32,000 nt of DNA from an uncultured archaeon (GTDB lineage Archaea > Iainarchaeota > Iainarchaeia > Iainarchaeales > 0-14-0-20-30-16). The stretch covers positions 1 to 32,000 of the forward strand of contig CAZMGA010000003.1 of the NCBI GenBank assembly GCA_964565725.1, given 5' to 3'. The notes below the pieces were generated by a model. It made no database searches and had not been told where the DNA came from. It saw nothing but the letters and a program-made list of their open reading frames with translations. Shown here piece by piece: positions 28,111 through 32,000 of the stretch. Numbering within the stretch: the stretch's first letter is position 1; every line of letters starts with the position of its first letter. The translations under genes were made by a program, and so were the position numbers.

Positions 28111-28875
28111 TCATCTAATATATGTCGGTTTAATGTCTTCTATGATTTCATTTGTGGTTGCTTTTTTTAATTCTTCTACAACTTTTTTAAAAGCTTTAGA
28201 TATTTTTTTTGCTTCGTTTTCTAAATCTTTTAAATTTATTTTAAATTTAAACTGTTTTTGTAATATTAATATTATTTCTTTTGCACTTTCAAAATCTCCA
28301 TATATTTTTGAAGATGTTTCTCCTAATAAGCAAATTGAAGGTATTTTTAATTTTTCACAATCAATTAAAGTTAAGCCAGCAATTCCAGAAATAGTTGTAT
28401 TTTTTGAAGGGTTATTTAATGTTTTTTCAATATCTTTTTTTTGAAAATAAGAATTAATTACATAAGTTATTTTTGGTTTTTTTGTAATTCTTGAATCTCC
28501 TATATTCATTCCTGCAAATGTGTATACTTTTTTAGCATTTATACTTTTGCAAAATTCAGAAATTTCTTTAGAAAACTTATAATGACTTTTAAATGCGATA
28601 GCATCATCTAAATCTGGTTGAAAATCTCCAGCTATAAATACAAAATCATTATTTTTATTTTTGTATGTGTAAATTTCGTCTCCATATTCTTTTATATTTC
28701 CTTTTTCATCAACAAAAATCATTGGTGGAAAATAATCTCCAACTATAGTGCCAATTTTTTTTGCTTTAAGTTCTTTAATTAAAGTATCTATAGTTATTTT
28801 ACCAACTAAACCAATTCCGGGCAAACCTATAAATACAATAGGATTATTTAATTTAGTATTTTTTAAAGTAATCAT
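28111..28875 (-). CDS. PAC2-family protein (archaeal proteasome-assembly-chaperone-like)
   Basis: IVFIGLPGIGLVGKITIDTLIKELKAKKIGTI, FAGMNIGD, TTISGIAGLTLIDCEKLKIPSICLLGETS. ATG 28875 removes most of the overlap with aIF2-alpha; the track starts at 28890. Confidence 0.85.
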   Translation of the reverse strand: MITLKNTKLNNPIVFIGLPGIGLVGKITIDTLIKELKAKKIGTIVGDYFPPMIFVDEKGNIKEYGDEIYTYKNKNNDFVFIAGDFQPDLDDAIAFKSHYKFSKEISEFCKSINAKKVYTFAGMNIGDSRITKKPKITYVINSYFQKKDIEKTLNNPSKNTTISGIAGLTLIDCEKLKIPSICLLGETSSKIYGDFESAKEIILILQKQFKFKINLKDLENEAKKISKAFKKVVEELKKATTNEIIEDIKPTYIR

Positions 28876-28876
28876 T

Positions 28877-29644
28877 TTATCCCTTAGCATTTCTTTTAAT
28901 TTCTATTGTGCCAATTTTCTTAAAATATTTTTCTAAATATTCATTTATTTTTGTTAAATATTTTTCAATTGTTTTGTAATCTTTTCCATGAGATTTTATT
29001 AAATACTTTCCATTTCCTATATATGTTATTTCTGTTTCTATACTTTTATCTATAGGCATTTCTTTAAAACCAATTTTAATTAAATCTAATCCATTTTCTT
29101 TTTCTGTTTCTATTCTAACAACTTCCAATATGTTTTTGTCATTTATTGTTATATTTTTATCTATTATTTTATATAAAGCATCTCTATATTCTTCAGGAAT
29201 TTCAGGAATATAATCTTTACCATATCTCTTTAAATCTTGAAATGCTTCAAAAACTGAATTATATTTTTCTAAAATTGGGTCTGTGATTTTAGACCAAATA
29301 TTATCTAAATTTTTGTTTAATTCGTTTGCAACCAATGTTAACAATTGTTGTACTCTTTTAGTTTGTCGCCATTCCGATAATGTTTGTTCTTCTTTTTGTT
29401 TTTGAACCATGGCAAAAGAACAATTTATTTGATTTTTTTCTCTATTTAAATATATCACTTTTGCAACTCTAATTTGTCCTATTTTTACAAAATTTCTAAT
29501 GTTTTTTATCCATCTTGCTGCAACTTGTGCTAAAGGAACAAATCCTGTTTCTCCAGGATATTCTTCTAATTTTACTTCTACACCATAATCGTAAATTTTT
29601 TCAACAGTTACAACTATGAATTCATCTTTTTCGGGCATATTCAT
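28877..29644 (-). CDS. Translation initiation factor aIF2 alpha subunit
   Basis: S1 domain KIYDYGVEVKLEEYPGETGFVPLAQVAARWIKNIRNFVKIGQIRVAKVIYLNREKNQINCSF. Confidence 0.9.
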   Translation of the reverse strand: MNMPEKDEFIVVTVEKIYDYGVEVKLEEYPGETGFVPLAQVAARWIKNIRNFVKIGQIRVAKVIYLNREKNQINCSFAMVQKQKEEQTLSEWRQTKRVQQLLTLVANELNKNLDNIWSKITDPILEKYNSVFEAFQDLKRYGKDYIPEIPEEYRDALYKIIDKNITINDKNILEVVRIETEKENGLDLIKIGFKEMPIDKSIETEITYIGNGKYLIKSHGKDYKTIEKYLTKINEYLEKYFKKIGTIEIKRNAKG

Positions 29645-29652
29645 ATTATCAC

Positions 29653-30195
29653 TTATATTATTTCTTTTCCTATATTTTTTTTAATAAAAATTTTAGCAAT
29701 TGATTCTATTATTTCAATTTCTTCATCTTTAGAATAAGGGCCATATTCTTTCATATCTGTGCCTATAAATTTAGGAATGTCTTGTAAAATTTTTAATTTA
29801 ATATTTTTTTGTATTTCTTCAGTTATTTTTTCTTCAAATGAAGATTTTACTAATTGTTGATAATTATATAACAAATTTACTAATTTATAATATATTTTTT
29901 GTTCTTCTAAAGTCATATTTTTTAAATCATCTTCACCATTTTTTGTTTTTAATATTGCTTTATTTAATATTTTCTTCTCTCTAGAATAGATTATGTCATC
30001 TAACATAGTTTTGATATTATTTATGTTTCTTACAATTCTGTCATCTAAACTTTTTTTTATGTCTGTTAATTTTGATTTTTCTGTTTCTATAAATTCTGGT
30101 AATTCATTAAAAAAATCATCTTCTATTTTTACTAAGTTTGGGGAATCTTTTTCTTGTCTATGAATTTTTCGTATTAATTCATATGATAATTTCAT
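29653..30195 (-). CDS. Archaeal GINS complex subunit (Gins51/Gins15-type)
   Basis: SYELIRKIHRQEKDSPNLVKIEDDFFNELPEFIE N-terminal pattern, helical body, C-terminal FIGTDMKEYGPY, and position next to primase. Confidence 0.75.
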   Translation of the reverse strand: MKLSYELIRKIHRQEKDSPNLVKIEDDFFNELPEFIETEKSKLTDIKKSLDDRIVRNINNIKTMLDDIIYSREKKILNKAILKTKNGEDDLKNMTLEEQKIYYKLVNLLYNYQQLVKSSFEEKITEEIQKNIKLKILQDIPKFIGTDMKEYGPYSKDEEIEIIESIAKIFIKKNIGKEII

Positions 30196-31408
30196 CTGCA
30201 GCCCCCCTAGCTAAAAAATATAATGCAATTGTTATAGGTAATTCTACAATTTCATCATTATAAGGTCCATATTGTATCCTATTTAATAATAATCTTGGAA
30301 CTTTTTTTAAATGAATCTTTAAAGTTTCTTCCTTTAGGGGTAATTTTGCATCACTAAATGGTTGAAAAGTATTTAATTCTTCAAAAGTTAATGATTTTGA
30401 TATTAACATAGCCCCACCATGAATTGTTTCGGGACATCTAATTATTTTGTGCATATCTATTGATGTTTGTTTATCTATATATAATTTTTGCAAATCCTTG
30501 ATTTTCTCTAATAAGGCATACCACAATTCTTCAGATTCGCTTTTTAATTTATATAATTTATTTTTTTCTAAAAGTTGTAAAATTTCTTGTTTATTCTTCA
30601 AAATTTTATTAATTACTGTTTTGGATGCTAAACCATCAAAATAATTTAATAATGTTTCTTCATTTGAATTTTCAATAATGCTTTTTAAATAATTTAAATA
30701 TTTTTGGGATTTGCCAATATTTTTTCCATTAAAATCTATACTACCTTTTTTATTTGAGACAAATCCAATTTCTTTAAAGTTTAAGTTTTCTTCTATAAAA
30801 TAGTCTAAAAGATCTAATCTTTCTGATTTTTTTAAATAGGCTATTTTTTCAGAAACTATTTTTGTGTGATATCCTTTATGACCTGAAAAAGTAAATTTTA
30901 TTTCATTATCTTCAAAATTAAATTCATGTGTTAAAATATTGTATAATTTTATTGTTTGTTTTTTTGTTGCTTCTAAACATTTATCACAAATCCATTCACT
31001 TATTTTTGTTTGACTATTACATTTTGGACATCGTCTTATGTTTCCTTGTCCCGATTCATTACATTTATCACAATACCAACTATCATGTATTTTTTTGCAA
31101 GGTGTTGGAATATCATCTGCATCATATTCTAATAAAAAATCACTTTTTATAATTTTTTTTTCTATTGTAGGAGTTTTGTCTGGATATTCGTATTGTGCCA
31201 TAGAATAAGACAAATAAAATGGAACTTTGGTTCTTAAAAAAGTATTTAAATCATAATTATCTTTAAAAGAAATATTTCTATTTGCAATTTTTCTATTATA
31301 AATTCCATATCCTATTTCTCTTTTTTCTATGTTATCAATAGTTATAAAGTTGTTGTTATAATATTCTTGAATTTTGCTTTTAAGATAATTTTCTATATTT
31401 ACAGGCAT
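30179..31408 (-). CDS. priS: DNA primase catalytic (small) subunit PriS
   Basis: LLEYDADDIPTP catalytic acidic motif, IKFTFSGHKGYHTKIV, HKIIRCPETIHGGA, Cys-rich zinc region. Confidence 0.92.
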   Translation of the reverse strand: MPVNIENYLKSKIQEYYNNNFITIDNIEKREIGYGIYNRKIANRNISFKDNYDLNTFLRTKVPFYLSYSMAQYEYPDKTPTIEKKIIKSDFLLEYDADDIPTPCKKIHDSWYCDKCNESGQGNIRRCPKCNSQTKISEWICDKCLEATKKQTIKLYNILTHEFNFEDNEIKFTFSGHKGYHTKIVSEKIAYLKKSERLDLLDYFIEENLNFKEIGFVSNKKGSIDFNGKNIGKSQKYLNYLKSIIENSNEETLLNYFDGLASKTVINKILKNKQEILQLLEKNKLYKLKSESEELWYALLEKIKDLQKLYIDKQTSIDMHKIIRCPETIHGGAMLISKSLTFEELNTFQPFSDAKLPLKEETLKIHLKKVPRLLLNRIQYGPYNDEIVELPITIALYFLARGAADEIII

Positions 31409-31460
31409 ATTATATATAATACTTAATAATATATAAAATTTGTTGTGCCTATTTTGCTTA

Positions 31461-31474
31461 CATATTTAAAAATA
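31461..31474 (+). promoter_or_regulatory. TATA-like element for the downstream pyruvate-kinase-like gene (leaderless)
   Basis: acatatttaaaaat about 27 nt before ATG 31494. Confidence 0.45.
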
Positions 31475-31493
31475 AATCTCTTTTATTATAATA

Positions 31494-32000
31494 TGATTAA
31501 AATTATTGCGACAATTGGTCCAAGTACTTTAGATTACAATATTTTAAAAGAAATTATTAAATTAGGAGTAGATATTGTAAGAATTAATACAAAATATGGA
31601 GATTTTAAACAATATTATAATATAATAGAAAATGTGAAGAAAATAAATTTAGAATTAAAAAGAAAATGTAAAGTTTTAATTGATGTTAAAAAGAAAAAAT
31701 CTTTAACCTGTCTTCAAAATATAAAATTTGATTATTTGGCAATTGCTTTTACTGATTCTGTTATAAAAATAAATGAGTATAAAAATAAACTAAATAATCC
31801 AAAAGTAAAAATTGTTTCAAAAATAGAAAATAAAAAAGGTCTAATTAATTTAAATGATATAATATTAAATTCTGATGCTTTAATGGTTGCAAGAGGGGAT
31901 TTAGGGAAGCATACCCCCTTACAAAAATTGCCTTTGAGACAAAAAGAAATAATTAAATTATGTAAAAAAAATAATTGTTTTGTTATTGTCGCTACAGAAA
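31494..32000 (+). CDS. Pyruvate-kinase-like protein, 3' end beyond window; B domain apparently absent
   Basis: IIATIGPSTLDYNILKEIIKLGVDIVRIN, then KCKVLIDVKKKKSL, then FDYLAIAFT, IVSKIENKKGLINLNDIILNSDALMVARGDLGKHTPLQKLPLRQKEII, VIVATE. Confidence 0.8.

Noticed and set aside
28133-28444. Plus-strand ORFs opposite PAC2, Rad50 and PriS (28133-28444, 28748-28936, 25540-25722, 26866-27171, 30447-30644, 30928-31152), and similar shadows at 11109-11300, 18836-19027, 22480-22704 and 22766-23014.
   Set aside because: All are mostly or wholly antisense to well-supported genes, and are explained by the low stop density opposite AT-rich coding sequence.

Overview
This 32 kb window is very AT-rich and archaeal. 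The informational genes (aIF2-alpha, aIF2-beta, aIF1A, PriS, GINS, family-B DNA polymerase, Rad50, HerA) and the compact layout suggest a streamlined, DPANN-like genome; that placement is an inference. Most of the window is housekeeping: TyrRS, an intron-containing tRNA-Met(CAU), an RtcA-family protein, a MiaB/e-MtaB-like methylthiotransferase, HerA, a Fap7/AK6-like kinase, a COG2521-like methyltransferase, methionine aminopeptidase, PolB, a PUA protein, aIF2-beta, aIF1A and ArgRS. A minus-strand run follows with PriS, GINS, aIF2-alpha, PAC2, a SPOUT-like protein, Rad50 and a small membrane protein. I saw no CRISPR array, transposase, integrase or recognisable defence cassette. The best candidates for something undescribed are: (1) a four-gene secreted/membrane protein operon at 7865-13482 with a shared C-terminal domain and LamG domains apparently nested in another sandwich domain; (2) a pyruvate-kinase-like protein that appears to lack the whole B (lid) domain; (3) an RtcA-family protein without the catalytic histidine; (4) a recurrent stop/Shine-Dalgarno fusion (TGA inside GTGA, then 4-5 nt, then the start codon), with apparent non-AUG starts in that setting, including a possible AUU start for aIF1A; (5) a membrane-anchored four-domain CARDB-like protein whose acidic half and N/T-rich half are sharply separated. 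All family calls come from reading motifs, with no database search.
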